Shown here one piece after another: positions 54,865 through 64,000 of a stretch of 64,000 bases of DNA. The position numbers were made by a program, and so were the translations under genes. The notes beneath the pieces were generated by a model, which worked only from the letters and a program-made list of their open reading frames with translations, ran no database searches and was not told the DNA's origin. Numbering within the stretch: the first letter of the stretch is position 1; each line of letters opens with the position of its first letter. The stretch spans positions 192,001 to 256,000 of the forward strand of contig CM000434.1 in the NCBI GenBank assembly GCA_000165345.1, given 5' to 3'.

Positions 54865-56231
54865 ATGGAAGTAAAGTCTTCGGGTATCTTTGAAGAAATT
54901 CTAATCAAATCGGAAATATCTTCCAAAAAAGTATCCAAAGTTTGTATTGCAGAAGGATTGACCAAATCTGGTGAGAAAATCAATTTAATTCTTCTCAAGA
55001 TGTATAGAAAAGATATGGTTGTTAACCATAATCATATTTGGAATGAAAGAAATGTTTTGGAATATATTAGAGATTGCCAAACAATGAAAGAAGATGAGAA
55101 ATTAGCTTTACCATTGATGTAAGTTTTTTTTTCTTTTTAACGAATGAAAAATAATCAAATCTATTCAAATACTTTTTATATCTTAAAAAACTAATTGTTT
55201 CTTTTTTTTTTTAATTATAAAAATCAAATCTATTTTCTAAAACCTTTTATTTTTATCTAATTAGATATGATTCATTGGTTTTAGAAGAAAAAGAAACTAA
55301 AATAACGTACATTTGTATTGCTTTAAATTATATTCGGGGTAAAACTCTAGACAAGTATATAAATAATACAAGTTTATCTGTCGATTTCTTGAGAAAAATC
55401 TTCATTCAGGTATGTTCAATTATTTATATTTGTAATAGTAATAGTTAAAAAAAATGGTGGGGGAAGAAGGCAGAGAGGGATGAGTGTATAATAAAAAAGA
55501 AGCAACTAATAAATATTCCACTAATAAATAATTAACTTTATGATTATATTAGGTAGCAAAAGTCATCGGTTCTTTACATAAAGAAGGAATAATACATAGA
55601 GATATTAAATGTAGCAATATCATTATCGAATCTGAAACAGAAAAAATTAAACTGATTGATATGAGCTTGTCATGTTTTGTCGACACTAAAAAACAAAGGT
55701 TGTCAGAATTTTGTGGATCATTTCATACTATGGCGCCAGAAATGATTTGCATGCAAAAACCAAATTACAGTATAGAATATGACTGGTGGTCATTTGGGGT
55801 ATTAATTTACGAAATGGTATTTGGGTAAGTTTTAACAAACAATTTTTTTCATTAAAGTTTCATTTTGAACGAATCAAACTTGAATACAAATTTAACTTGC
55901 AAAATAAATAAATTTTAGTATACCACCTTATGGATATCATCCAGAAGAAAATAAATACCTTCTTAAAAGAATTAATGAATCTCCTAAATCTCTTAGTTTT
56001 CCCGAGCCTGTAATTTTCATGGGTGATTTTATTCAAGGTAGAAAAAATCGGGAAGAAACAGAAGATTTAATCATGAAACTTTTAAATAAAGATGAATCTA
56101 TCAGATTAGGCTCAAACGGCGATTTTAAACAAGTAATAGAGCATCCTTGGTTTAAAAGCTACCATTTGATGAATTTTCATGAAGATAGTTATTTCCTTGA
56201 AAATATAGATCTAATCAATGATGAAATATGA
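54865..56231 (+). CDS. Ser/Thr protein kinase-like with a degenerate N-lobe. Four exons: join(54865..55118, 55265..55409, 55553..55824, 55919..56231). About 327 aa.
   Basis: HRD (IHRDIKCSN), APE (MAPE) and subdomain IX (DWWSFGVLIYEMVFG) are split across introns with GTAAGT/GTATGT donors and TAG acceptors. Phases are consistent. The G-loop has no glycines (IKSEISSKK) and DFG is replaced by DMS. Confidence 0.7.
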
Positions 56232-57592
56232 CGTAGAAAACTAGTTCTTTCTCTTTTATTTTCATATAGCATTTTGCCAAAGAGTTTGATATCCAACCAA
56301 TATCTTTTCATAAAGAATTTTATACTTGATCCAAAAACGGTTTCTGAGATTCTAGCAGCTTTTCTAAAATATTTTTCTTGAATTTCTGGATCTTTTGATA
56401 TTAGTCCAATTATAATTAAAACGGGAATATTATGTTCATCTTTGATATGAATCATTCTATACATAATATCTAACCAATATTGAGCTTTATCAAGATTCTT
56501 ATAAGATATATAATCATATACCAAGAACCCAATTAACTTTGAAGCATCTAACCCAACAAGTTTTTGAGCCTTTGATAAGTTAACTTGTTCATTTGGTAGA
56601 AAACTTTCTACTAGAATATCTTCAATAACAGAGATTCTTTCTTCTAAAGATAAACCCTGAAGCATATATATATATTTTTTAGATATCAATGAGCATCTTT
56701 TATTAAGTTTTCTTGAGATTTTGTTAATTTCGAATATTCTGGATGTGCTTTCATCAGGTGAGAATCTTCCTTCTTTCTGACATAATTCGCATCTACAAAA
56801 GAAATTGAGCTCACTACTTCTCACCCAAAGTGGATCTTGAATGTATTCACTTTCTATATAACATATAGATAAGGTCTCTTTTCTTTTGATTGGTCTTAAA
56901 GCTCTAAATACAGCAACCGTTCCAATATAGAATCTAGCAACATTTGGACTACATGAATGATCTAAAAATGAAGATTTGAAGTATAAAGAATTGATTGAGA
57001 AAATTTCAGTCCAGTAAAATGGATTTTTCCAAAGTTCAGGCATGGTGCTAACTGACATTTGATTGTATTTTACAACTAAATATATTCTAAGTGCTTCATT
57101 GAATCTTATTTTATTTGCCAAATCTGGGTTAGCTTCATAGAAACGACTGATTTTTTTTATAGGTATTTTGTAGTTCTCAGATTCTTGTCTAATTTTTTTA
57201 ATATCAGCTTGTGTACGTGGGAAAAACAATTTCAAATTTCTCAATAATTTATTATCATTTTTACATTTTTTAATCAACTTTTTCCAAAGTACTAATGAAT
57301 AATCTTTGAAATGATTTCCAATTTTGGTTGTGATCCAACATAGTGGTTTTTCCGCTAATATAAGCTCTCCTTTTGAAATATTCTCAAATGCAACCCAAGT
57401 ATTAGATTCTTGACTACTATTCAAAGCAATTTTTGGAGAAATATAATTGTTGGCACGTTTCCTGGAAAGACGGTTTTCAAAATCATACAAAGATTTATTA
57501 ATTTTTTCTCTTTTATTGGATTTATATGTATCATCGAATAATATTTGTAATTCAGATGATAACCAATCATCATCATCTAAAACTTTATGCAT
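56189..57592 (-). CDS. SET-domain protein, a SMYD-like lysine methyltransferase, with a C-terminal helical (TPR-like) region.
   Basis: The SET C-terminal motif FLDHSCSPNV and a post-SET Cys cluster (FFCRCELCQ). The 3' end overlaps the kinase gene's 3' end by ~40 nt, in convergent orientation. Confidence 0.65.
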   Translation of the reverse strand: MHKVLDDDDWLSSELQILFDDTYKSNKREKINKSLYDFENRLSRKRANNYISPKIALNSSQESNTWVAFENISKGELILAEKPLCWITTKIGNHFKDYSLVLWKKLIKKCKNDNKLLRNLKLFFPRTQADIKKIRQESENYKIPIKKISRFYEANPDLANKIRFNEALRIYLVVKYNQMSVSTMPELWKNPFYWTEIFSINSLYFKSSFLDHSCSPNVARFYIGTVAVFRALRPIKRKETLSICYIESEYIQDPLWVRSSELNFFCRCELCQKEGRFSPDESTSRIFEINKISRKLNKRCSLISKKYIYMLQGLSLEERISVIEDILVESFLPNEQVNLSKAQKLVGLDASKLIGFLVYDYISYKNLDKAQYWLDIMYRMIHIKDEHNIPVLIIIGLISKDPEIQEKYFRKAARISETVFGSSIKFFMKRYWLDIKLFGKMLYENKRERTSFLRHISSLIRSIFSRK

Positions 57593-57751
57593 TTTGACAA
57601 AAATTACTGATTCTTAAATAATACAATGTATAACTTAATTCAATAAATTAGTATGGTAACTCCCACACACAAAAAAAACACTCTTTATTTTCCTCTTTCT
57701 AATAACTCTTAAATTGAGGATTTAACCTAAAAAGAAATGAGATAATTTTTT

Positions 57752-57760
57752 TTTGGCGGG
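57752..57760. promoter_or_regulatory. TTTGGCGGG box in the shared upstream region of the divergent SET-domain and U1-70K genes.
   Basis: Direct reading. Confidence 0.4.
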
Positions 57761-58112
57761 TTACTCGTGTGATAATGATTTAAAGCTAAGAAATAAAATC
57801 TTCCGAGCAAATAATCGAGAAAAAAGAGAGGGGATAGATAAAAGAGGGGAAGAATAACGTATCTGAGGTTTTTTTAATATTTCTACAGGTACGATATTTA
57901 TTTTCTTTGGTCTTGCCTCTATATTTTCTCTTATTGAATTGTTCATGGCGTAAAGAATTGAATACAAGGCGAATAGGTAAAGATATACATTATTAAATAT
58001 ATATATATATATATTATAAATTAGAGTTATAACAAATTAGTAAGCTAGTGATCCTAGCTAGTTACCCTTATTTTCTATAGCCAAGATATTATTTACAAAA
58101 GACTAAGAAAAC

Positions 58113-58958
58113 ATGTCGGCAGTTGGTATGTCTAATGACTTGCTAAAGTTTTTTCAAGCAAGGCCACCATTGCCATATGTTCCATATCCGAATAGAAGAC
58201 CGCATAAGCCTTACCAAGGACTGGCTGACCTAATAAATGAGAATCCAGATTTATTTGATAAGGTTAATACGCCACCAGAACCATATATAAGTAAAAAAAT
58301 GCGTAGAGAAACGGAGAAATTGCAAAGGATTCAGAATTATATGAAAGATATGCGAAAAAAAATTGAATCATATAATCCAATGGAAGAGAATGTAGATAAT
58401 AAGACTTTTGATCCATACAATACATTGTTTATCGCAAGGTTAAATTATGATACTACAGAGAGAACTTTAAAGAGAGAGTTAGAAGTTTATGGCAAAATAT
58501 TAAATTTACGAATTGTTAAAGATTTCCAAGGCGAATCAAGAGGATATGCATTTGTGGAATTTGATAATGAAGATTCTCTGAAAGAAGCATATAAGTCATT
58601 TAACAAGAAGAGTATTGATGGATGGAAGGTATTAGTTGATGTTGAGAGAGGTAGAACAGTTGAGAACTGGTTACCAAAAAGACTTGGTGGTGGATTGGGG
58701 AAAGTAAGAGGACAAGAAAAGCCAGAATCGAAAAGCTTCTTTGGTGGTAACAATAGTATTTATAATCATGGCTCAAAGCAAGGTAATAGTAATTATGGAA
58801 ATTCTGGGTTTGGGCAAACATATAGACAAAGAGAACATAGAAGCTTTAGAAGTTATGGCTATAAGGGTCAAAATGACAGAAATAGCAGTGGAGGGGATTA
58901 TAATTCTTCTAGGAATTATGGAAACTTTGGAAATAAGAAGTTTAAATACTCAAGGTAA
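58113..58958 (+). CDS. SNRNP70: U1 small nuclear ribonucleoprotein 70 kDa (U1-70K).
   Basis: The N-terminal U1-70K region is PPLPYVPYP...FDPY. The RRM has RNP2 (LFIARLNYDTTE) and RNP1 (RGYAFVEF). The block VLVDVERGRTV..W.PRRLGGGLG and a C-terminal RS/RG-like tail follow. Confidence 0.85.
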   Translation: MSAVGMSNDLLKFFQARPPLPYVPYPNRRPHKPYQGLADLINENPDLFDKVNTPPEPYISKKMRRETEKLQRIQNYMKDMRKKIESYNPMEENVDNKTFDPYNTLFIARLNYDTTERTLKRELEVYGKILNLRIVKDFQGESRGYAFVEFDNEDSLKEAYKSFNKKSIDGWKVLVDVERGRTVENWLPKRLGGGLGKVRGQEKPESKSFFGGNNSIYNHGSKQGNSNYGNSGFGQTYRQREHRSFRSYGYKGQNDRNSSGGDYNSSRNYGNFGNKKFKYSR

Positions 58959-59481
58959 AGGAGTATAAATAATTATCTACTGAAGGAATTTTATTGATCT
59001 ATAATAAAGTAAATTATTGTAAAATCATATAAATAAATAGCTGTGTTAATTAAAGGCTTTCTAGAAAATATTACTATTATTATTATTATTATTATTATTA
59101 TTGTTATAGCCACCCTAAAATTAATTTTGTTACTATTTTTAATTAATGTGTGTATATAAAAAAGTGCACACGAAGAAAAAAAAAACTAAGGTATAATATA
59201 AGGAAAAAAAATTTAGCACACACTTCTTTCTTTTGTTTTTTTTTTTAACAACAAAAGAATTAATAGCAAATATTGAGAAGGCAAGTATAATAATAAAAAA
59301 AGATCTGGTCTGATTATTCTATTTTAAATTAGTGAATTCTAGCAGGTTTAATAATTCAAATTTAAACTTGGATGTCGAGATTATAAAAGTTATTTATATT
59401 TTAAATTGAGCATATATTTCTTTTACACATTATTATATTTTAAAGGGGTGCCTGATTTAATTATATCAAATTTAAGAAGAA

Positions 59482-60453
59482 ATGAATTATTGTAAACTAA
59501 GATGGAGCCTAATTGTGCTCATATTAGCAATTGTAATTTCTTCAAATTATTGTTTTGGTAAGGATAATACTGATAATAAAGGTAACTCAATTGCTAAAGA
59601 TGCAGATAATGGTGAGATTTCTGAAAAAGGAGATCATATAGTGACACCTGATCAAGACTCTAATTCGGAAAATAGTGAAAATTTGGATGAAGGGGAAAAG
59701 AAGGAAGATGGTGATAAAAAGGAAGAAGGAGATAATAAAGAAGAGGGAGAGAAAAAAGAAGGAGATAAGAATGAAGATGGTGAGAAGAAAGAAGGAGATA
59801 AGAACGAAGAGGGTGAGAAGAAAGAAGAGGGTGAGAAGAAAGAAGAGGGGGATAAAAAAGAAGATGGAGATAATAAAGAAGAGGGAGAAAAAAAAGAAGA
59901 GGGAGAAAAAAAAGAAGAAGGAGATAATAAAGAAGAGGGAGAGAAAAAAGAAGGAGATAAGAATGAAGATGGCGAGAAGAAAGAAGAAGACAAAAAGGAA
60001 AATGGAGAGAAAAAAGATGGAATTGAAAAGTTTGGAGAGAACTCTGACATTGAAAATGGGATTATTGACAATAAAGAAGATTCAGTGGAAGACCAAGAAA
60101 ATACTGAAAGCCAGAAAGAGGAAGAAAAAAAAGATAATGGAGATGGAGAACAACAGGATTCAATTCATACAAGTATTATGGAGGGTTTGTATAAGTTAGA
60201 TTATAAATTAAAGTTTTTGAGAAGGATGCTAAGAAAAGACAAAAAAATGATTATTCAGATACATGCTTTAGGTTATTTGGTTAATACTATAAAAGAACAG
60301 ATTGTGAGAGACGTAGCAGCATTGAATGCAATAGTAAAATTGGAGGCAGAAAATGCTAGTGAATTAAATAAATTACAGTCAGTGCATGATAACCATGTAA
60401 ACAATAGATTAGATTTTATTAAACATGAAAATATAGTTCAAGTAAATAATTAA
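59482..60453 (+). CDS. Secreted Glu/Lys/Gly-rich tandem-repeat protein (323 aa). It has a signal peptide, ~11 copies of an EKKE(E)GDKNE(D)G-type unit and a C-terminal coiled coil.
   Basis: Leader MNYCKLRWSLIVLILAIVISSNYCFG. The DNA tandem repeat at ~59690-59995 creates artefact ORFs on both strands. Confidence 0.55.
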   Translation: MNYCKLRWSLIVLILAIVISSNYCFGKDNTDNKGNSIAKDADNGEISEKGDHIVTPDQDSNSENSENLDEGEKKEDGDKKEEGDNKEEGEKKEGDKNEDGEKKEGDKNEEGEKKEEGEKKEEGDKKEDGDNKEEGEKKEEGEKKEEGDNKEEGEKKEGDKNEDGEKKEEDKKENGEKKDGIEKFGENSDIENGIIDNKEDSVEDQENTESQKEEEKKDNGDGEQQDSIHTSIMEGLYKLDYKLKFLRRMLRKDKKMIIQIHALGYLVNTIKEQIVRDVAALNAIVKLEAENASELNKLQSVHDNHVNNRLDFIKHENIVQVNN

Positions 60454-60664
60454 TTAGCTAATTTTATTATTGTTATTATTTTTAAATGTTTCCTCACATT
60501 TTAAATTCTCATGTCATTGAGCGGCACAAAGAAAGCTTGCAAATTTGCAAATGCATGCACCTAATCCAACTAATTAGCTTTCATGTGGACAATAATCAAT
60601 ACAATGAAAACATTAAGTTAATGAAAACAAAAAAAAAGAATGAATTTAGAAAATTAAATAGAAC

Positions 60665-62812
60665 TTAATTTTGATTTTTAAGGAAAATATTTGGTATCTC
60701 TCTCATTTTACAAGTTTTTGCTCTTGCAGGTGAAGGAGTGGTAATCTTCCTTCTCCTTTGGATAGGAGTTACCGTTCTATGAAAGCACATTGGATTGGGC
60801 TTAAAGCTTCGAATGGGGGTTTCAGATGATTTCCAATTATTCAATTTTGTAGGACTGCTCAGTATACTATTAGTATGATTACTGAAATTTGAAGTGTCAG
60901 AATTTGTGCAAGTGTTGATGGTACTACCAGTATTTGTATTTGCTTTATCATTATGACTTTTGAGAGTAATTTTCTCAATGCAAATATTATTATTCAAGTT
61001 TATATCAACAAGAGGTTTGGTAGGCGATTCCAAAATGCCATTGCAATCATTTGCAGTTTGGTCATAAAACTTATTTCTCAAGTGTACAACAATTACAGTG
61101 CAGTTATCAGCCCGAATATTACTCATTCTTCGTTTTCTCTCAGCTTCAGTTGTAAGCAAACTAGCGATTTCTTGCATACTCTTATCTTGAGAATCAACAA
61201 TAATGTCAGCAATAGTAAAACCATCTAATATATCACTGACTCCATCAGACATAATCACAATATAAGAATCTTTCCACGGTTTACCATCGCACCCTCCATT
61301 GATAGCTAAATGGTTTGAAAAGCTTTCATCATCAGTGCCCCAGTCTAACTCAATATTTTCAACATGATTATTACTTTTATAAATGCTCGGTCTGTTTCCC
61401 CAACCAATAGCAATAACGCTCTGTTCAATTAGCGCTTCGGAAAAACATGCCATATTCTCATCCTCTATCTTGGCCCTTTGGCTATCAACAGTTTGTCTCC
61501 GAATGGAGTTAATACACTCCTTCCTTGGAGGAATACCTCCTAAGTTTAAAATTCGGTAATCTGGTGTTGGTAATAAAGCGCATCTAGAAAGATGCATATG
61601 ACCAAGAGATCTACTCATTGAAATACTTAATCCCAAGTCCCTAGCCTGCGAGTATGAAAGATAAGAAGGAATCAGTCTAAGCATACCGTAGTCCCCCAAT
61701 ACAACTTTCCCTACTCCGCTTTGGTCTATTCTCTGCCTCTCACTCTTTCTATTCAGACAATGGGGATTTGAAAGATAATATATTCCATGGAAGTTAGAGG
61801 TAGTTTGACCAGATGACTTGTTATAAGATAAAGGAACTGGAAGATCTGGAAGTAAAACTTTTGAATTCCCATTATCTCCTCCTTCAATATGTCGGTCATT
61901 AACACTATTGTGACTTTCATCATAACTACTACTACTACTAGTGGAGCTCATATTTTTGCTACCAATATTGTCACTATAAATTGTACTAAAATCCCGATTA
62001 TTTCCAATATTTCCGAAATTATAATGACCAGAGTTAGTGAGTCCAGGATTCTCCCCTGGTTTTTGTTGGAATCCACCATTTCTATCCAGATTTGGAATTA
62101 TACAAATTGCAGATGAATCACCGCAATTAGCTGTTACTAGATATTGATCAACAATTCCAACTACAACACAAGTAGTACCAAAATCTTTTTTGCTTGAAAT
62201 ATTTGCATTAATAACGCTATCATGAGCATAAGTAAACCCTCTGTTCAAGACAAAAAGAATTTGTTCAACATAATCGGCGATAGCAATATTTCTTGGAATA
62301 TCTGGAACTTCCTTACTTAAAATTTTAGATATACAATAACCTGCCACATGAGAGGCAGTCTTTCCATAATGTCCATGCCCATCTAGAAGACCAAAGAAAC
62401 AAGAGTTATTTGAATCCTCTAACTTATTACCTGTCGAGTGAGAATTCCATCCAGGGCCATTTCTTTTTGGTGGTAATGGTGGTAATGTAAACAAAGGAAA
62501 AACTGGAGGAAATGCCTCGTTTATTATTTCATCTAAACAATGTACATCTTTTTTGGAGTATGGCATTCCTTGAGGGCAAAAGGTGCCAGCATTTGCTAAA
62601 TTTGGTTGAATTGGGTCAAAATTCCACACTCCTTGTGAAAACCCAAGCTTCTCCAACCTTTCATCTTTTAAATTGCCATTCTGTCTCTTACTTTGATTTT
62701 CTTTCTTATTATTGGACTTCTTCTGAGCTGGTATTGATACAAACCAGCCGTCTTGGTTTTCCTTGCATCCACCCTGGGAACAAGATACACCCCAATCAAC
62801 CAACCAATTCAT
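60665..62812 (-). CDS. PP2C-family Ser/Thr protein phosphatase with a large internal low-complexity insertion. 715 aa.
   Basis: PP2C motifs in order: FFGLLDGHGH, ANCGDSSAIC and IVIMSDGVSD. The start is MNWLVDWGVSCSQGG... (PP2C motif-1 like). Confidence 0.75.
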   Translation of the reverse strand: MNWLVDWGVSCSQGGCKENQDGWFVSIPAQKKSNNKKENQSKRQNGNLKDERLEKLGFSQGVWNFDPIQPNLANAGTFCPQGMPYSKKDVHCLDEIINEAFPPVFPLFTLPPLPPKRNGPGWNSHSTGNKLEDSNNSCFFGLLDGHGHYGKTASHVAGYCISKILSKEVPDIPRNIAIADYVEQILFVLNRGFTYAHDSVINANISSKKDFGTTCVVVGIVDQYLVTANCGDSSAICIIPNLDRNGGFQQKPGENPGLTNSGHYNFGNIGNNRDFSTIYSDNIGSKNMSSTSSSSSYDESHNSVNDRHIEGGDNGNSKVLLPDLPVPLSYNKSSGQTTSNFHGIYYLSNPHCLNRKSERQRIDQSGVGKVVLGDYGMLRLIPSYLSYSQARDLGLSISMSRSLGHMHLSRCALLPTPDYRILNLGGIPPRKECINSIRRQTVDSQRAKIEDENMACFSEALIEQSVIAIGWGNRPSIYKSNNHVENIELDWGTDDESFSNHLAINGGCDGKPWKDSYIVIMSDGVSDILDGFTIADIIVDSQDKSMQEIASLLTTEAERKRRMSNIRADNCTVIVVHLRNKFYDQTANDCNGILESPTKPLVDINLNNNICIEKITLKSHNDKANTNTGSTINTCTNSDTSNFSNHTNSILSSPTKLNNWKSSETPIRSFKPNPMCFHRTVTPIQRRRKITTPSPARAKTCKMREIPNIFLKNQN

Positions 62813-63703
62813 TGATTAAAGCTAGGTAAATCTCTCCAAATCTGGGAACAGTTAAATACCTGAAATTAATTTCATTTTCTGAAATTCCTTATAAACTTGA
62901 TTAATATTATTTATTTTGAAAGTACAAATATTTCAAGTCTAATAAAATACCTACTGTGAAAAGCCTAGAAAGAATTCCTTAATAACCAAGAAAAATGATC
63001 AATCTGATTGCACTGATTCTTGTCCCTCTATAACAAAATATAATCTCCCTATTTCAAAGTCTGACTAGTTAAGTAATTTCTTCAATACGATTATGCGCAC
63101 ACACAAAATTAAAGTATGTACTTGCAATGCCCTATATTGCCAAAAAAAAAACTGATTTCTTCTATTACTTTAACTTTTATTAATAAGCATGTAATGCGTT
63201 TTCTCAGACAATACTTTGAATTATGAATTTTTTTATGTACAAATATATTATTTGAACTTTTCTTGAGTTAAGTCTGTATATAATAATATATGTAATATAT
63301 TATTACTATTATATATACATATATATAAATATATATATTAATTAGTTTTTATGACTTTTCATATTTCGATACTTCACCAAAATTATTTATTTATTACTAG
63401 AAATTTTAACTTCTCAATGAAAAGTGGGCTATTTTTAGCTTTAAGTAAATTTATTTTTTTTTTTGAATAAGTGTGCAGTCTTGAATAATATTGGTTTATA
63501 ATTTGAAAGTATAGAAAAAATACCAAGTATTTTCAAATAAATACCACAATTTAGAGAATTCTCACTCTGAATCCATTAAACTCTCTTTTTACCGTGCTCT
63601 AAGATTTTTCTTTTACAGTTGCCCCCCTTTATTTTGCTTTTGAATCTTAAATTATTATTGCCTCAAATTTTCCCTCTTCTTTTTTTTTTACCTAAATTTA
63701 TCA

Positions 63704-63717
63704 TTTTGCGCGCCAAA
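63704..63717. promoter_or_regulatory. TTTTGCGCGCCAAA, a palindromic E2F-type box, plus GCGGGGGAAACGGCGG at ~63760-63775. They lie between the PP2C gene and the gene starting at 63921.
   Basis: Direct reading. Confidence 0.35.
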
Positions 63718-63920
63718 TTCCAACTTAAATTATTTAATTTAAAAAAAAAAAATCAGAGCTCTCGCCAGCGGGGGAAACGGCGGTTCTCTAGTAATAGTTA
63801 ATTGGACGTGGGGATTAAAAAATTTAAGGGAAAAAAAATAAAAGGTAAGGAGAATATATTGGATAAATATTTAAGGTACCGTCAAATATTAATAGAAATT
63901 AATATATCAGATGACTGAGA

Positions 63921-64000
63921 AAGAAGTAGTTTCAAAGTATTTGTCCTTTAATGAGTCCATAGAGCCAAACTTGACACTTCCAACGGCCTGTAGTGAAGTT
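63921..64000 (+). CDS. 5' end of a further gene running off the window (MTEKEVVSKYLSFNESIEPNLTLPTACSEV...).
   Basis: ATG with an open frame to the window edge. A GC box (gcgggggaaacggcgg) lies ~150 nt upstream. Confidence 0.25.

Noticed and set aside
59652-60199. ORFs 59652-60071 (-) and 59675-60199 (+, other frame) overlapping the EK-repeat gene.
   Set aside because: They are alternative readings of the same ~300-nt DNA tandem repeat. The frame with the signal peptide (59482-60453) is the real one.
63750-63800. The GC-rich island cagagctctcgccagcgggggaaacggcggttctctag, considered as a small ncRNA gene (snRNA or SRP-like).
   Set aside because: There is no recognisable snRNA or SRP secondary structure or conserved boxes. 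It contains GCGGGGGAAA and CGGCGG, the same E2F-type GC box seen in other spacers, about 150 nt upstream of an ATG. So it is more likely a promoter element.

Overview
This is a 64-kb, AT-rich (roughly 30% GC) compact eukaryotic nuclear segment. There are no prokaryotic operons, CRISPR arrays or transposons. I count about 30 protein-coding genes on both strands, roughly one per 2.2 kb, and one tRNA-Val(AAC). At least six genes carry short GTAAGT...TAG introns of about 55-150 nt. Five of these were reconstructed here by hand, and the coordinates that depend on my own base counting are good to about +/-2 nt. Recognisable products are: a rhomboid protease; two head-to-head thrombospondin-type-1 (TSP1)-EGF-transmembrane adhesin paralogs; an FHA/tandem-BRCT protein; a 3021-aa PH-domain low-complexity giant; signal peptide peptidase; a TMX/PDI-like thioredoxin membrane protein; Gemin2-like; GET4; glycogen/amylopectin debranching enzyme carrying a CBM48 module; a Ufm1-specific-protease-like C78 peptidase; proteasome ATPase Rpt6; the rRNA dimethylase Dim1; Pescadillo; a Sec14-like protein; cysteinyl-tRNA synthetase; a degenerate protein kinase; a SET-domain protein; U1-70K; PP2C; and several secreted or hypothetical proteins. 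The most striking non-coding signal is a GC-rich box of the E2F type (TTTCCCGCC / TGGCGGGAAA / TGGCGCCA). It recurs in almost every intergenic region and is often accompanied by (T)GCATGC(A). I infer an apicomplexan of the Cryptosporidium type. The evidence is TSP1-EGF adhesins together with a rhomboid, amylopectin metabolism, E2F-type boxes plus GCATGC boxes, about 30% GC and high gene density. Homopolymeric Asn/Ser/Thr tracts from trinucleotide microsatellites inflate several genes and create spurious antisense ORFs. Some ORF-track 'M' starts are TTG or GTG rather than ATG and were corrected where noted.
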